Below are positions 9,126-17,906 of a DNA stretch of 27,389 nucleotides, in pieces (the first letter of the stretch is position 1; each line of letters begins with the position of its first letter). A program made the position numbers and the translations under genes. The stretch lies in the NCBI GenBank assembly GCA_011967385.1, contig GCA_011967385.1_4516.1; one strand, given 5' to 3'. The stretch comes from a phage. The notes under the pieces are model-generated. The model saw nothing but the letters and a program-made list of their open reading frames with translations, searched no databases and was not told where the DNA came from.

Positions 9126-9650
9126 TCATTTTAGCAAAATAAAATCAACTTGTTCTGCCAATGAACGTCTGAACATTAATTGACAACTTCCGAGGATGAA
9201 ATCAGGTGCTTCATAGACCGCGATGTAGTATCCTTTAGCTTTCAAGAGTTCAACATCCACCTGGTCATCAAACCATGCATAAACCGCGTCAACACTTTCA
9301 AATCCAAAATAGAACCCTTGAGCCCAATCTTCACTCAATTCAAATGTGTGCTCAATTCTATAGTATCTTAAGATATTTTGTTCAAGGAGTTTGTCTTCAT
9401 TTACTGTAGGACGATTAGGGACATTATAGTTGTCGCCGTGATGGTAGAAGTTACCTGAGATTATTCCGTGTTTATCAAGGAACTCCCATGTTTCTTCAGA
9501 GTTGTCAGTGCCCGACCAACCGTAAGGTGAGCGAGGTTCTTTATTCCAAGAGGTTTCCCAAATTCTGACGGCTTTACCATCTTCGATAGCAACTCCCGGT
9601 AAAGATTCACGTTGAGTGCAAAAACTACGTTCTACGCGGTAAACTAACAT
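9126..9650 (-). CDS. Hypothetical protein, 174 aa
   Basis: ORF track; GAGGAG SD; early-type promoter at 9677-9705. Confidence 0.6.
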   Translation of the reverse strand: MLVYRVERSFCTQRESLPGVAIEDGKAVRIWETSWNKEPRSPYGWSGTDNSEETWEFLDKHGIISGNFYHHGDNYNVPNRPTVNEDKLLEQNILRYYRIEHTFELSEDWAQGFYFGFESVDAVYAWFDDQVDVELLKAKGYYIAVYEAPDFILGSCQLMFRRSLAEQVDFILLK

Positions 9651-9676
9651 ATTATTCTCCTCTAGTCGATAGATTT

Positions 9677-9705
9677 ATAGTATCAAAACTAGAGGAGAAG
9701 TAAAC
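9677..9705 (-). promoter_or_regulatory. Early-type promoter: -35 GTTTAC, extended -10 TGaTACTAT
   Basis: Minus-strand GTTTACttctcctctagtttTGaTACTAT upstream of ORF 9126..9650. Confidence 0.5.
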
Positions 9706-9709
9706 AACT

Positions 9710-10129
9710 TTATGCAAAAGATGCTGGACAATATTTTTTGATTTGGAACTCAGGAACTACCATGAACTGTCCAGCGAAAACGATGTTATAAAGCTTAACA
9801 CCATCTTCTACCCATTGGTCGCTAATAAATCCAGCGATTTGCTTAGTTTTCCACGGTGTTCCATCGGTTGCAGCAGCAATAGTAAATTCGTGGTCTTTTA
9901 CAACTAAAACAGACCTGCACAGTTTCCATTTGAACGCTTTTTCTTCCGGTTCAATGAACCGGCTTTTAACGTAACCAATGTTACCATCGACGTCACGAAC
10001 TTTAACTTCGTTACGACCAAAAACCGGATCACTTACATAAAGAACTTCAACCAACTTACCAGCAACTTTAGAGCGAGAAGCAGGAGATACGTGTACATAA
10101 TCGCCAATAGAGAGATTTGCAATATTCAT
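9710..10129 (-). CDS. Paralog A of a tandem three-member family (139 aa) sharing the C-terminal motif GF(I/V)(S/T)DQW(V/I)EDG
   Basis: ORF track; shares SRSK.AGKLVEV, FKW.LC and GFISDQWVEDG.KLYNIVF with the next gene. Confidence 0.6.
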   Translation of the reverse strand: MNIANLSIGDYVHVSPASRSKVAGKLVEVLYVSDPVFGRNEVKVRDVDGNIGYVKSRFIEPEEKAFKWKLCRSVLVVKDHEFTIAAATDGTPWKTKQIAGFISDQWVEDGVKLYNIVFAGQFMVVPEFQIKKYCPASFA

Positions 10130-10138
10130 AATAATTCC

Positions 10139-10624
10139 TTAAGCTTTACGAGGAGACACATAACAAGTGATTTCAGATTCTTTAACAACTCGGAAGTCAC
10201 CTAAGAATACGATATTGTATAACTTTTCACCATCTTCTACCCATTGGTCACTAATGAAGCCACACATAGTATCAGTTTTGCTTGGATAACCGTATTCATC
10301 GATGAAGTCAAATTCTTTATCAGTCTGGAATTCAACGCCTTTGCAAAGGGCCCATTTGAACTGTACATTATGCTCTGTGGATTCAACTTTTTCTCTTGAA
10401 GCAAAAGCACTACTCACAGGCGTTTCCAAGAACTTTGCACGAACATAAGCAAATTTGGTTTCCTGTGTCCCAAAACTAGGAATAATACGAACCTTTACCT
10501 CAGAATCTTCATCTTTAACGCCTTCTTTAAGTTGAATACTTACAACTTCGACCAATTTTCCTGCGGCTTTAGAACGAGATTTGTTAGATACGCGAACGAT
10601 TTCACCAATAATACCAAGATTCAT
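10139..10624 (-). CDS. Paralog B of the tandem family (about 161 aa, start at MNLGIIGEIV)
   Basis: ORF track 10139..10687; start moved downstream of the promoter at 10654-10682. Confidence 0.6.
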   Translation of the reverse strand: MNLGIIGEIVRVSNKSRSKAAGKLVEVVSIQLKEGVKDEDSEVKVRIIPSFGTQETKFAYVRAKFLETPVSSAFASREKVESTEHNVQFKWALCKGVEFQTDKEFDFIDEYGYPSKTDTMCGFISDQWVEDGEKLYNIVFLGDFRVVKESEITCYVSPRKA

Positions 10625-10653
10625 AATTTCTCTCTCTTTGTTTAAATTGAATT

Positions 10654-10682
10654 CATTATACTCCATCCATCCTTGGATGTAC
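10654..10682 (-). promoter_or_regulatory. Sigma70-type promoter: -35 TGTACA, 17 nt, -10 TATAAT, for paralog B
   Basis: Minus-strand TTGTACAtccaaggatggatggagTATAAT; near-identical copy at 11213-11241. Confidence 0.55.
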
Positions 10683-10686
10683 AACA

Positions 10687-11181
10687 TTAATTAAGGATAT
10701 TAACCACAGCACTACGTGGAACTACACTAAAATCACCTGCATGAACAACGTTCAGAAGTTCAACACCGTCTTCAATCCACTGGTCAGTTACCCATCCATT
10801 TACTGGACCTGCGAACGGGCGTCGAATTGAAACATATTTACACAGCAAATCAGTAGGCTCAATAGGCTTAATCAGAGTACCGTACATACAAGCGATATCC
10901 ATATCAATACAGATGTCTTTAACGGGTTCTACTTCTTCAATCAACAGTTCAAAGTCTGTGCTTGGAAGGGCGGTAGTGGAAATTGTACCATATGAATTTT
11001 TAATTTCTAAGAATAACCAAGGGCCTTCAGCTTGTTTGATGAAGTTAACAATAGTGAAACTATTACCTTGAGTGGTGCCTAAAATTTCACAAAACTTTTC
11101 GTAAGCTCGCACTGAAGCACTGTACCAGTTGATTTGTTTTTCGTCTTTCAGGATGTAAGTAGCCGTAGTATTGATATTCAT
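10687..11181 (-). CDS. Paralog C of the tandem family (164 aa), divergent but keeps the C-terminal GWVTDQWIEDG motif
   Basis: ORF track; AGGAA SD; own promoter at 11213-11241 that is a near copy of the promoter of paralog B. Confidence 0.6.
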   Translation of the reverse strand: MNINTTATYILKDEKQINWYSASVRAYEKFCEILGTTQGNSFTIVNFIKQAEGPWLFLEIKNSYGTISTTALPSTDFELLIEEVEPVKDICIDMDIACMYGTLIKPIEPTDLLCKYVSIRRPFAGPVNGWVTDQWIEDGVELLNVVHAGDFSVVPRSAVVNILN

Positions 11182-11212
11182 AATGTTTTTCCTGTTTGGT
11201 TAAGATAGATTC

Positions 11213-11241
11213 ATTATACTCCAACCATCCTTGGTTGTAAA
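11213..11241 (-). promoter_or_regulatory. Sigma70-type promoter: -35 TTTACA, 17 nt, -10 TATAAT, for paralog C
   Basis: Minus-strand GTTTACAaccaaggatggttggagTATAAT; duplicated promoter/leader. Confidence 0.55.
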
Positions 11242-11247
11242 CTGATT

Positions 11248-11925
11248 TTATCGCTGTTTTACACTTAACGGGTCAGGATTCTCAGGAACATCTTCAAGAC
11301 CAAGCGCATAACGCTGAGCATATTTTAACATCAAAATATCTTTAGCACAATCATGAATACTATCATGGGCAACGAATCCTTTTAGCGTACCCATCGGTAA
11401 TGGACACATACTTAATCCTCGTGTCAACGAGTAAGCTTCGATTGCCGTACGAATATCGCGTTGAGCCCAGAATTTAACCGGTTCTAATTTATCAGTATCA
11501 ATATCTGGTTCAAGAACACCTTCATCACGATAGAGATCACGAATCAAATCGACCAATATCGGGAAGTCAAAGCTCATACCACGGCACCACATCTGTGATT
11601 TCCATTGGTCAACTTTATTAGCTCGACAATAATCTAAAAAGATTTTAATGCCTTCAAGCGTAGTGACATCGTCTTCAGACGGAGCCAGGTTTTTACGTGC
11701 TTCTGCTGATTGTTCTTTCCACCATTTCATAGTGGATTTAGCGAAAACTCTCTTCCCTTTCTGAGAAGCTAAATTAAATTTAATTCGCTTACCTCGTTGA
11801 ACAAGTTCTTCGAATGTTTCAACAACTTCAGGGTCGGAATTATATGCAATAACCGCAAGGTCGATAACAGCCGCTTTTGATGTATTGCCGAATGTTTCAA
11901 AATCTATAATAACATCAGTGCTCAT
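11248..11925 (-). CDS. dexA: Exonuclease A (DEDD 3'-5' exonuclease)
   Basis: 225 aa; N-terminal Exo motif VIIDFETFG; size and position next to dda as in T4. Confidence 0.8.
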   Translation of the reverse strand: MSTDVIIDFETFGNTSKAAVIDLAVIAYNSDPEVVETFEELVQRGKRIKFNLASQKGKRVFAKSTMKWWKEQSAEARKNLAPSEDDVTTLEGIKIFLDYCRANKVDQWKSQMWCRGMSFDFPILVDLIRDLYRDEGVLEPDIDTDKLEPVKFWAQRDIRTAIEAYSLTRGLSMCPLPMGTLKGFVAHDSIHDCAKDILMLKYAQRYALGLEDVPENPDPLSVKQR

Positions 11926-11934
11926 AATTTTCTC

Positions 11935-13248
11935 TCAAATAAAATGGACGTCAAAACGACCACGAGTTGTGCCGACATACAATAGTTGTTTAGCTAATTC
12001 TGAATCGGCATAATGGATACAAGGTGTATAAACAAAGGCCGTGTCAACAGACATACCCTGAGCCTTATGGAAGGTTGATACTGGTAGTGCCTTCACCTTA
12101 GTGAACATACGTTTAGCATCCCAGAATTCGCTCCATGGAGCTTTACCACCTTTATTCCAGAATTTGTATGTTTCTGCTGTCTTAGCCAAAAACAAATTGA
12201 ATTTATAAAGCTCTTCTTCAGAAGAAATAACCTTTATATCCTCGCGGACGTATTCTTCATCATCCCCATATGTTTCTACTGTAAGATTCCAGTATCGTAT
12301 CATATATTCGCCTGAAACACCACGTGCTTTAACGAATGTAGACGTTTCTACAGCATCTCGAATACGAACGAATTGCCCGTTGTTGAAAAGCATTTCGGTC
12401 ATATTTTTACCATCTAGCTTATATGTCTTAGTAAATGGCTCTTGTAGAACAATGACCTCGTCTTTAATAAATGGTTTTTCTGTTTCAAGAAGTTTTCGGC
12501 GAATAATTGAATTCAACTTGTCAACCGACTTATTTGTGAATGCCATCATTCGATTTTCGAAAAGGTCTTCAGGAGTTTTAACGACATTAAAATAGTTCAT
12601 CATATACGATTTAAGGTCTGTATATCCATGAACACCATGCCCGTCAACTACTTTATCATAAATCCATTTGCCATTACGAATATCGGTCGCAACATCAATA
12701 ATTGGTGCATTGCTACGTTTAACTTCTGTAAGGTTGCATTGCACGAAGTCTTTGTGAGTGAAGAAAGGACTTAGATACGCAGTTGATTCGCCGGGGTCCA
12801 CTGGACGAATCTGACATCGGTCACCAATTCCAATTACTGTACACCATTTAGGGATACTAGCTAACATTATTTTAAACAGAGAACGGTCACACATTGACGC
12901 TTCATCAAATAACAGTACACGACACAAGGCTAAGTCGGGAACCTTTTTCTGTTCAAATAATACGTTTTCTTCGTATGTAGTTGGGTTGATTTTAAGAATG
13001 CTATGAATAGTCGATGCTTCTTGTCCAGCAAGTTTGCTTAGAACCTTTTTAGCAGCGTGTGTTGGTGCTGCTAAAATAATACCTGATTCTCCAGAAGAAA
13101 TAAGGGCTTCAACGATGAATCTAGTAAGGGTTGTTTTACCCGTACCAGCAGGTCCATTAATAGTTACGTGATGTTTCTTTTCTTTAATAGCTTTCATAAC
13201 AACGTTGAAGGCGTTTTTCTGGCCGTCAGTCAAATCATCAAATGTCAT
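11935..13248 (-). CDS. dda: Dda DNA helicase (SF1B)
   Basis: 437 aa; Walker A GPAGTGKTT; size and synteny match T4 Dda (439 aa). Confidence 0.9.
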   Translation of the reverse strand: MTFDDLTDGQKNAFNVVMKAIKEKKHHVTINGPAGTGKTTLTRFIVEALISSGESGIILAAPTHAAKKVLSKLAGQEASTIHSILKINPTTYEENVLFEQKKVPDLALCRVLLFDEASMCDRSLFKIMLASIPKWCTVIGIGDRCQIRPVDPGESTAYLSPFFTHKDFVQCNLTEVKRSNAPIIDVATDIRNGKWIYDKVVDGHGVHGYTDLKSYMMNYFNVVKTPEDLFENRMMAFTNKSVDKLNSIIRRKLLETEKPFIKDEVIVLQEPFTKTYKLDGKNMTEMLFNNGQFVRIRDAVETSTFVKARGVSGEYMIRYWNLTVETYGDDEEYVREDIKVISSEEELYKFNLFLAKTAETYKFWNKGGKAPWSEFWDAKRMFTKVKALPVSTFHKAQGMSVDTAFVYTPCIHYADSELAKQLLYVGTTRGRFDVHFI

Positions 13249-13556
13249 CGTAAAGTCCCTGCAATTGGAATACTAACAATACGGCCTGTGTCCAGGATTC
13301 GTTGATATAATCTTTGCGTCTCCGCATCTAGTTTAACGTGTTTCATTTCAAGCTTATTAAACCAGAACTTACGCGGAGTTTCGACCATTCTTAGAACTCC
13401 CATTTTTAAATCTGTTTTATACTGTGTTTTCAAAGTATCGAAAACTTTATCTGCAATATCCTTTCTAAAAAATACTGCAGGACGATGTTCATCAAGTGGA
13501 ACCGGGACAGTAAATCCTTCCATATCTCGATAAACTATTGCATATACATAAACCAT
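13245..13556 (-). CDS. Hypothetical protein, 103 aa (position of T4 dda.1)
   Basis: ORF track; stop overlaps the dda start. Confidence 0.5.
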   Translation of the reverse strand: MVYVYAIVYRDMEGFTVPVPLDEHRPAVFFRKDIADKVFDTLKTQYKTDLKMGVLRMVETPRKFWFNKLEMKHVKLDAETQRLYQRILDTGRIVSIPIAGTLR

Positions 13557-13558
13557 AA

Positions 13559-14305
13559 TTAACCTTTAATCAGTTGGAATAATGATGCGCTAAGTGGTAA
13601 GCCGCGTTTCAATTTTAATTTACCAATGAAACCAATCTTTTCAAAACGTTGCAAACCTTGGATAACTTTATCATATGTATCGAAAAGCGATTCAGCGTCA
13701 GTTAATTTAGTTTTAGTTTTCCAGTCAGAGCCTTTAAGAAGAACGTTGAGTTTAGTAAGTTCATGGCCTTCTGCTTGATGTGAGCCATTAATGCGTGCTT
13801 TCAAAGCAACAATTCTAAGTTTAGATTCGTTAGATAAAGGTTGATTTTTCATCATGTTAGCCATATGCTTAACACGATTTTCACGTTTTGCTCGGATTTT
13901 TAAAATATTACCATAAACCTTTTTAATTTGGGCCCATTTCTTCTCATCAAGATTAAGTTTCTCTACTTTACGGACAGAAGGATTAGCGATACGTCTTGCA
14001 ATAGCATCACGTTTCTCAATAAGTTCTTCTAATGTTAAATCGGAACGAGCCGTATTATATTTTTTCTTAACAGGGATAACATTACCTTTAATGTAGCCGA
14101 TATCGTTATTAAAACGTTCTAAGGATAATTTCTCACCTTCAACAGAGTTATTGAAAGATTCACCTGAGTAAGCGCAGACCTTTTGATCAAGAATGTTTTT
14201 AAGGTAATTAAAGTCTAAGTTAAAATCCTTAGAGCGTCTCTTCGCAGAAGCTCTGGTGTGGTCAAGACGACGATTGATTTTGTTAATTTTATTATTTGAT
14301 AACAT
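13559..14305 (-). CDS. Basic, Lys/Arg-rich protein, 248 aa; position and size compatible with T4 Srd, unverified
   Basis: ORF track; synteny dda - dda.1 - srd in T4; no motif-level confirmation. Confidence 0.45.
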   Translation of the reverse strand: MLSNNKINKINRRLDHTRASAKRRSKDFNLDFNYLKNILDQKVCAYSGESFNNSVEGEKLSLERFNNDIGYIKGNVIPVKKKYNTARSDLTLEELIEKRDAIARRIANPSVRKVEKLNLDEKKWAQIKKVYGNILKIRAKRENRVKHMANMMKNQPLSNESKLRIVALKARINGSHQAEGHELTKLNVLLKGSDWKTKTKLTDAESLFDTYDKVIQGLQRFEKIGFIGKLKLKRGLPLSASLFQLIKG

Positions 14306-14457
14306 AATATTTTCCTCTGTCTTACGGACGTTAGGTCATTTAGCTGATAAGCTTATAATATCATGCCCTCAGGTAGTATACATTCTTTTTTCATAAAATG
14401 CTTTAATTTTTTATGTGTTATAATGGTTCTGAGTTCCATCCGGTTATTCCAATCCAG

Positions 14458-15066
14458 TCAGTAACTGACAATAGTCAGATTCCAGATTGTATAATTTCCG
14501 TCTTGAATAATAGAATCTACACGCAGTGTAGTCCCTATAGGGAGCATAAATTCACATTCGTCAGATATAAGTCTAGCATTAGACCGTCTTGTCGCTTCAG
14601 GGAAAGCTCCATTGAACTCACAAGATGGCGCAGCCAGAATCATATTAAGCATATGTTCACGGAAGTTGAAAGCAAATGGTGCATCTTTGATACAGAACAT
14701 ATTAAATGTTCCATAAAAATTATACGAAGCGAAGTTACGTGCTACACCAAACACTGGGCTGAAGCTCATTACTCTGTCAAATTTAATAATACTACCAATG
14801 CCTTTATCATCGAGTGTGGCCATAGTTTTCTTAGAGATTCCACGATACATTGTCTCAGGAACAGAAGACGACCAATTTCTACGAACGATTGAACTTAACT
14901 CCTGTTGAATACAGTCTGGCTTGTTTTCCATACACTGCCACAGTATACTTTGTTCAATGTCGCTGAATTGACTATCAATTTCGTACTGCAATACATCTTG
15001 ATATTCGGGGTTTTGAGCACGACGAACCATTTCTTCAATTTCACACTCGTTATACGGCATAAACAT
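14458..15066 (-). CDS. Mono-ADP-ribosyltransferase of the ModA/ModB type
   Basis: 202 aa; ordered R ... S-x-S ... E-x-E candidates (MYRGIS, SFSPVFG, SDECEF) typical of R-S-EXE ADP-ribosyltransferases; size and position match T4 modA/modB; only one copy present. Confidence 0.6.
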   Translation of the reverse strand: MFMPYNECEIEEMVRRAQNPEYQDVLQYEIDSQFSDIEQSILWQCMENKPDCIQQELSSIVRRNWSSSVPETMYRGISKKTMATLDDKGIGSIIKFDRVMSFSPVFGVARNFASYNFYGTFNMFCIKDAPFAFNFREHMLNMILAAPSCEFNGAFPEATRRSNARLISDECEFMLPIGTTLRVDSIIQDGNYTIWNLTIVSY

Positions 15067-15094
15067 TTAGGTTTCTCCTGTGGTTGATAAAGGT

Positions 15095-15123
15095 ATAGTA
15101 TCATCGTCGGTAGAGTTTGTACA
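15095..15123 (-). promoter_or_regulatory. Early-type promoter with extended -10 TGaTACTAT, upstream of the Mod-type ADP-ribosyltransferase gene
   Basis: Minus-strand GTGTACAaactctaccgacgaTGaTACTAT. Confidence 0.5.
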
Positions 15124-15313
15124 CTAAAAATTCAACATTTTCAAATGAATGATTTTGTATAATCGAGATAAAGGGTCATATTCTAAGTCTTCAATTTCCA
15201 CAATCTCAAATCTAGAGATACTTGAGACCATGTACTCTTGTTCAGATTGACATGTCATGATAGACCTCCATTTAAAGATAAGCCTATCATAACACGAGAG
15301 GAGGGAATGTAAA

Positions 15314-15466
15314 CTACTTTTTAAGCTTTCCGACTAAAGGACCATCAGGACCAGGTTGTTCTAACATGAATGGTGATGCTTTAAGAAGCAATGCCAACCC
15401 TTTCACCATTCGATACCATATCTCAAAGTCCTTTTTCTTGGTTTCCACTAAGAATTGCTCTTTCAT
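15314..15466 (-). CDS. Small hypothetical protein, 50 aa
   Basis: My translation; ATGA start/stop overlap with the upstream gene suggests translational coupling. Confidence 0.35.
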   Translation of the reverse strand: MKEQFLVETKKKDFEIWYRMVKGLALLLKASPFMLEQPGPDGPLVGKLKK

Positions 15467-15651
15467 TTCCAAGGACTCCATGGTGGCGGGTCGTCATAAT
15501 AAGAGGCTAGGTCTTTCAGGACTTCTAATGGTAAACTAAAGCCATGACGTTGTATAATACTATCTAGTTCATCAACAAGTTCACTACGATGCACTTTAGG
15601 AGCCTCAACTTCAGGCTCGTCAAACATACTCATAAGGTCCATATTATTCAC
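15463..15651 (-). CDS. Hypothetical acidic protein, 62 aa
   Basis: ORF track; overlaps the end of the upstream gene by 8 nt. Confidence 0.4.
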   Translation of the reverse strand: MNNMDLMSMFDEPEVEAPKVHRSELVDELDSIIQRHGFSLPLEVLKDLASYYDDPPPWSPWK

Positions 15652-16108
15652 CGAGATAAAAACTAGCAGGTTCAGAGAATGTTTCTAGTGCTACACCTTT
15701 TGTCTTAAAAAATTTCCAAATAGCTCGTTGCAAATGGGTTAAATCTGCTAATGATGTAATAAAGTATTTTTTGGCAAAATACTTATGGTCTCGCTTTTCA
15801 AACAGGTCTAAACGCTTTTCAGGATTCACATAAACAGCATTTTCTGTAGATTCGTACCCTAAATCCTTTATGCCTTCTTCAAGACTAAATGGAGAATTTT
15901 TAGAATGAGTAATAGCTCCAACTCGCTCTACACGAATTTTGTAACCTTTAGGAATCTGCAATTTACAGAATTCTTCTACGATATATTGCGGATTATTTAG
16001 ACTTTTGTTAATGAGAATAGCTATTTCTAGTGGAGTCTTATCTTCTACTGGTATATGTTTAAATGACTTGGCTTCAAGCAAATACATTTTAAATAACATA
16101 GCATCCAT
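15644..16108 (-). CDS. Hypothetical protein, 154 aa
   Basis: ORF track; start codon directly follows the stop of a 58-aa ORF (TAATGGATG). Confidence 0.55.
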   Translation of the reverse strand: MDAMLFKMYLLEAKSFKHIPVEDKTPLEIAILINKSLNNPQYIVEEFCKLQIPKGYKIRVERVGAITHSKNSPFSLEEGIKDLGYESTENAVYVNPEKRLDLFEKRDHKYFAKKYFITSLADLTHLQRAIWKFFKTKGVALETFSEPASFYLGE

Positions 16109-16110
16109 TA

Positions 16111-16287
16111 TAATTTCCTCAATGGTTCACCCATATAAAGTTTTACAATACGTTCGCCTTCATCTTCGACGAGCTTTTCTTCATGTTTCTGGAGTTCTTT
16201 GACCATTTTCTCTTCAAAAACATCTAACCAATCTTCCGGTCCGACTCCATCATTCAAGCTTTTAAACCATTTTACTATTCTGTTCAT
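16111..16287 (-). CDS. Small hypothetical protein, 58 aa (MNRIVKWFKSLNDGVGPEDW...)
   Basis: My translation; packed between neighbouring minus-strand genes. Confidence 0.35.
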
Positions 16288-16520
16288 TCACAGCTCCCTG
16301 AGCTTGAACCACAATCAGAATAACTTGTCCCAGAATCACCAGGCCAAGACGATACGTATGAATGATTATAACTTGAAGAGTTTGAAGCAGACTTAAGACG
16401 AATAACTTCTTCCATCATGCCGTCACCAATGTATTCCCAACTTTTTTCATGTGTATTAGGAATAGGCATCATCCCTTCGCCTGGTTTAGCAGCAAAAAAC
16501 TTCTTCAGCATCGTAAGCAT
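16284..16520 (-). CDS. Hypothetical protein with a Ser/Cys-rich C-terminal tail; start ambiguous
   Basis: ORF track 16284..16595; the upstream part overlaps the preceding gene, so the start is set at an internal ATG. Confidence 0.4.
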   Translation of the reverse strand: MLTMLKKFFAAKPGEGMMPIPNTHEKSWEYIGDGMMEEVIRLKSASNSSSYNHSYVSSWPGDSGTSYSDCGSSSGSCE

Positions 16521-16713
16521 TAATTGTTCCTCGAACAAAACGAACACCACCATCGTCCCAACGGATTTCGGCATTAAATTTGACGTCTTCACCATCCATC
16601 ATGAATGAGTGTACGACTACATCATCGTAATATCCAAGACCGTATTTCAACGAAACTTCTTGAGCAATCAAAGCACCTAATGTGTTATTAGGTTTAATCC
16701 AACGATTTAACAT
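16486..16713 (-). CDS. Hypothetical protein, about 75 aa (start at MLNRWIKPNN)
   Basis: ORF track 16486..16782; strong SD AGAGGAGA before the internal ATG; promoter at 16742-16771. Confidence 0.5.
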   Translation of the reverse strand: MLNRWIKPNNTLGALIAQEVSLKYGLGYYDDVVVHSFMMDGEDVKFNAEIRWDDGGVRFVRGTINAYDAEEVFCC

Positions 16714-16741
16714 ATTGTTCTCCTCTTGAGTAGGTAAGAAT

Positions 16742-16771
16742 ATCTTAACACAGTTTTTAGTGGTTGTAAAC
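16742..16771 (-). promoter_or_regulatory. Early-type promoter: -35 GTTTAC, extended -10 TGtTAAGAT
   Basis: Minus-strand GTTTACAaccactaaaaactgTGtTAAGAT upstream of ORF 16486..16713, immediately after the soc terminator. Confidence 0.45.
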
Positions 16772-16777
16772 TGTAGA

Positions 16778-16808
16778 AACAAAAAAAAGGAATCCCGAAG
16801 GATTCCTT
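16778..16808 (-). terminator. Strong rho-independent terminator after soc: 9-bp stem, UUCG loop, 9 U then GUUU
   Basis: Minus-strand AAGGAATCCttcgGGATTCCTTtttttttgttt. Confidence 0.7.
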
Positions 16809-16815
16809 AAATTAT

Positions 16816-17052
16816 TTAACCACTTACTGGTGTAGGGGTAAACATTGCGGCATTCTTAGTTTTCCAAGTTGCTGCATCAGAAACGACATCAGAATAAGCT
16901 GCCTTTTCTGATGGAAAGATTTGGTAATGAGAATCTGCAATCCGATGTTCGTTTGAATAAATCTCAAACGGTACAGAAACTTCCATACCTTTAACTTCTT
17001 TGCCTTCACCAGCAGGATGCGTAAAGGTTTTGATGTTTACATAACCACCCAT
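16816..17052 (-). CDS. soc: Small outer capsid protein Soc
   Basis: 78 aa; GYVNIKTF ... HYQ.FPSEKAAYS matches recalled T4 Soc; AGGAG SD; followed by a strong terminator. Confidence 0.8.
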   Translation of the reverse strand: MGGYVNIKTFTHPAGEGKEVKGMEVSVPFEIYSNEHRIADSHYQIFPSEKAAYSDVVSDAATWKTKNAAMFTPTPVSG

Positions 17053-17097
17053 AATTAACTCCTTTGTTGTTTAATTACAGGTGTATTTATAACTTAA

Positions 17098-17619
17098 TTA
17101 GTAACCATTATCCTGACGTTCAAAGTTGTGTTGGTTTTTCAAGTAGTAAAGTTTAAAGATTTCTTCAGCCGAAAGACCTAGACCTTGGAACATATTCAGA
17201 ACAAAGTGGAGGATATCAATCATTTCGAATTTAATTTCGAGCTGGTCTTCAGGAGACAACTCATCAATACGACGATTACGGAATTCAGCATGTTGTGCTT
17301 TCCAAGGCTTCCATACACTGCTGGCAGCTTTTTCACCATTGCTCATACCACCAAGTGAAGTCAGCAGTTCACGGAATTCATCATCAATATAATCTTTCTG
17401 ATTACGCAGCCAATCAACAACATCACCAGCAGTAGCCAATTCGTCAGGATGTTTGTTATGTTCAGGCTTGTCATTTGCCAGACGAACCTGTAAAGATTTC
17501 TGCATATCAAGCATTACCTGCAGTGGGTCTTTATCTTCGTGAATCAGAGCATTAAAATAAGCTTCTTCTGCTTTATCAACACCAGAAATAAGTTGTGAAC
17601 ATTCGTTAAAGTGTGCCAT
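17098..17619 (-). CDS. 56: dCTP pyrophosphatase (dCTPase, MazG-like)
   Basis: About 173 aa from the ATG at 17617-17619 (MAHFNEC...), AAAGGA SD; DPLQVMLDMQ, IDDEFRELLTSLG, EIFKLYYLKN match recalled T4 gp56. Confidence 0.85.
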   Translation of the reverse strand: MAHFNECSQLISGVDKAEEAYFNALIHEDKDPLQVMLDMQKSLQVRLANDKPEHNKHPDELATAGDVVDWLRNQKDYIDDEFRELLTSLGGMSNGEKAASSVWKPWKAQHAEFRNRRIDELSPEDQLEIKFEMIDILHFVLNMFQGLGLSAEEIFKLYYLKNQHNFERQDNGY

Positions 17620-17708
17620 TATTTTTCCTTTCAATTCAGTATAAGAGAGTTAATTCTAACATTAATTTTATAAAGCGTAATAAATAATAAGGTAACTAAG
17701 GAGATATT

Positions 17709-17906
17709 ATGTTTAAACTTCCATCGTTAATCAATGCTATTAAAGGCAATAAAAAGAAAACTGCTATCGCTGCAATAGTTGTAGGTGGCATTATTTCATG
17801 GAACTTCGGGATTGCACCGGTGTTAGTTGCTAATGGTATTATAGTTCCTTCTGTTCCGTTGGATACTGTAGTTGATTTGGCCTTTGCTATTATAGGGCTT
17901 GTTTAA
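17709..17906 (+). CDS. Small hydrophobic membrane protein, 65 aa, on the opposite strand to all neighbours
   Basis: Plus-strand ORF with canonical SD AAGGAG 7 nt before the ATG; two predicted hydrophobic segments; stop overlaps the primase stop on the other strand. Confidence 0.5.
   Translation: MFKLPSLINAIKGNKKKTAIAAIVVGGIISWNFGIAPVLVANGIIVPSVPLDTVVDLAFAIIGLV

Noticed and set aside
14414-14424. Plus-strand extended -10 element TGtTATAAT that could drive an antisense transcript across the ADP-ribosyltransferase gene
   Set aside because: It has no -35 partner and the only downstream plus-strand ORF is an antisense frame inside that gene; it probably arises by chance in AT-rich intergenic DNA.
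17660-17700. T4 late promoter (TATAAATA) upstream of the plus-strand small ORF
   Set aside because: Only near matches (AATAAATA, TATAAAGC) are present; the exact TATAAATA octamer is absent, so the call would be speculative.
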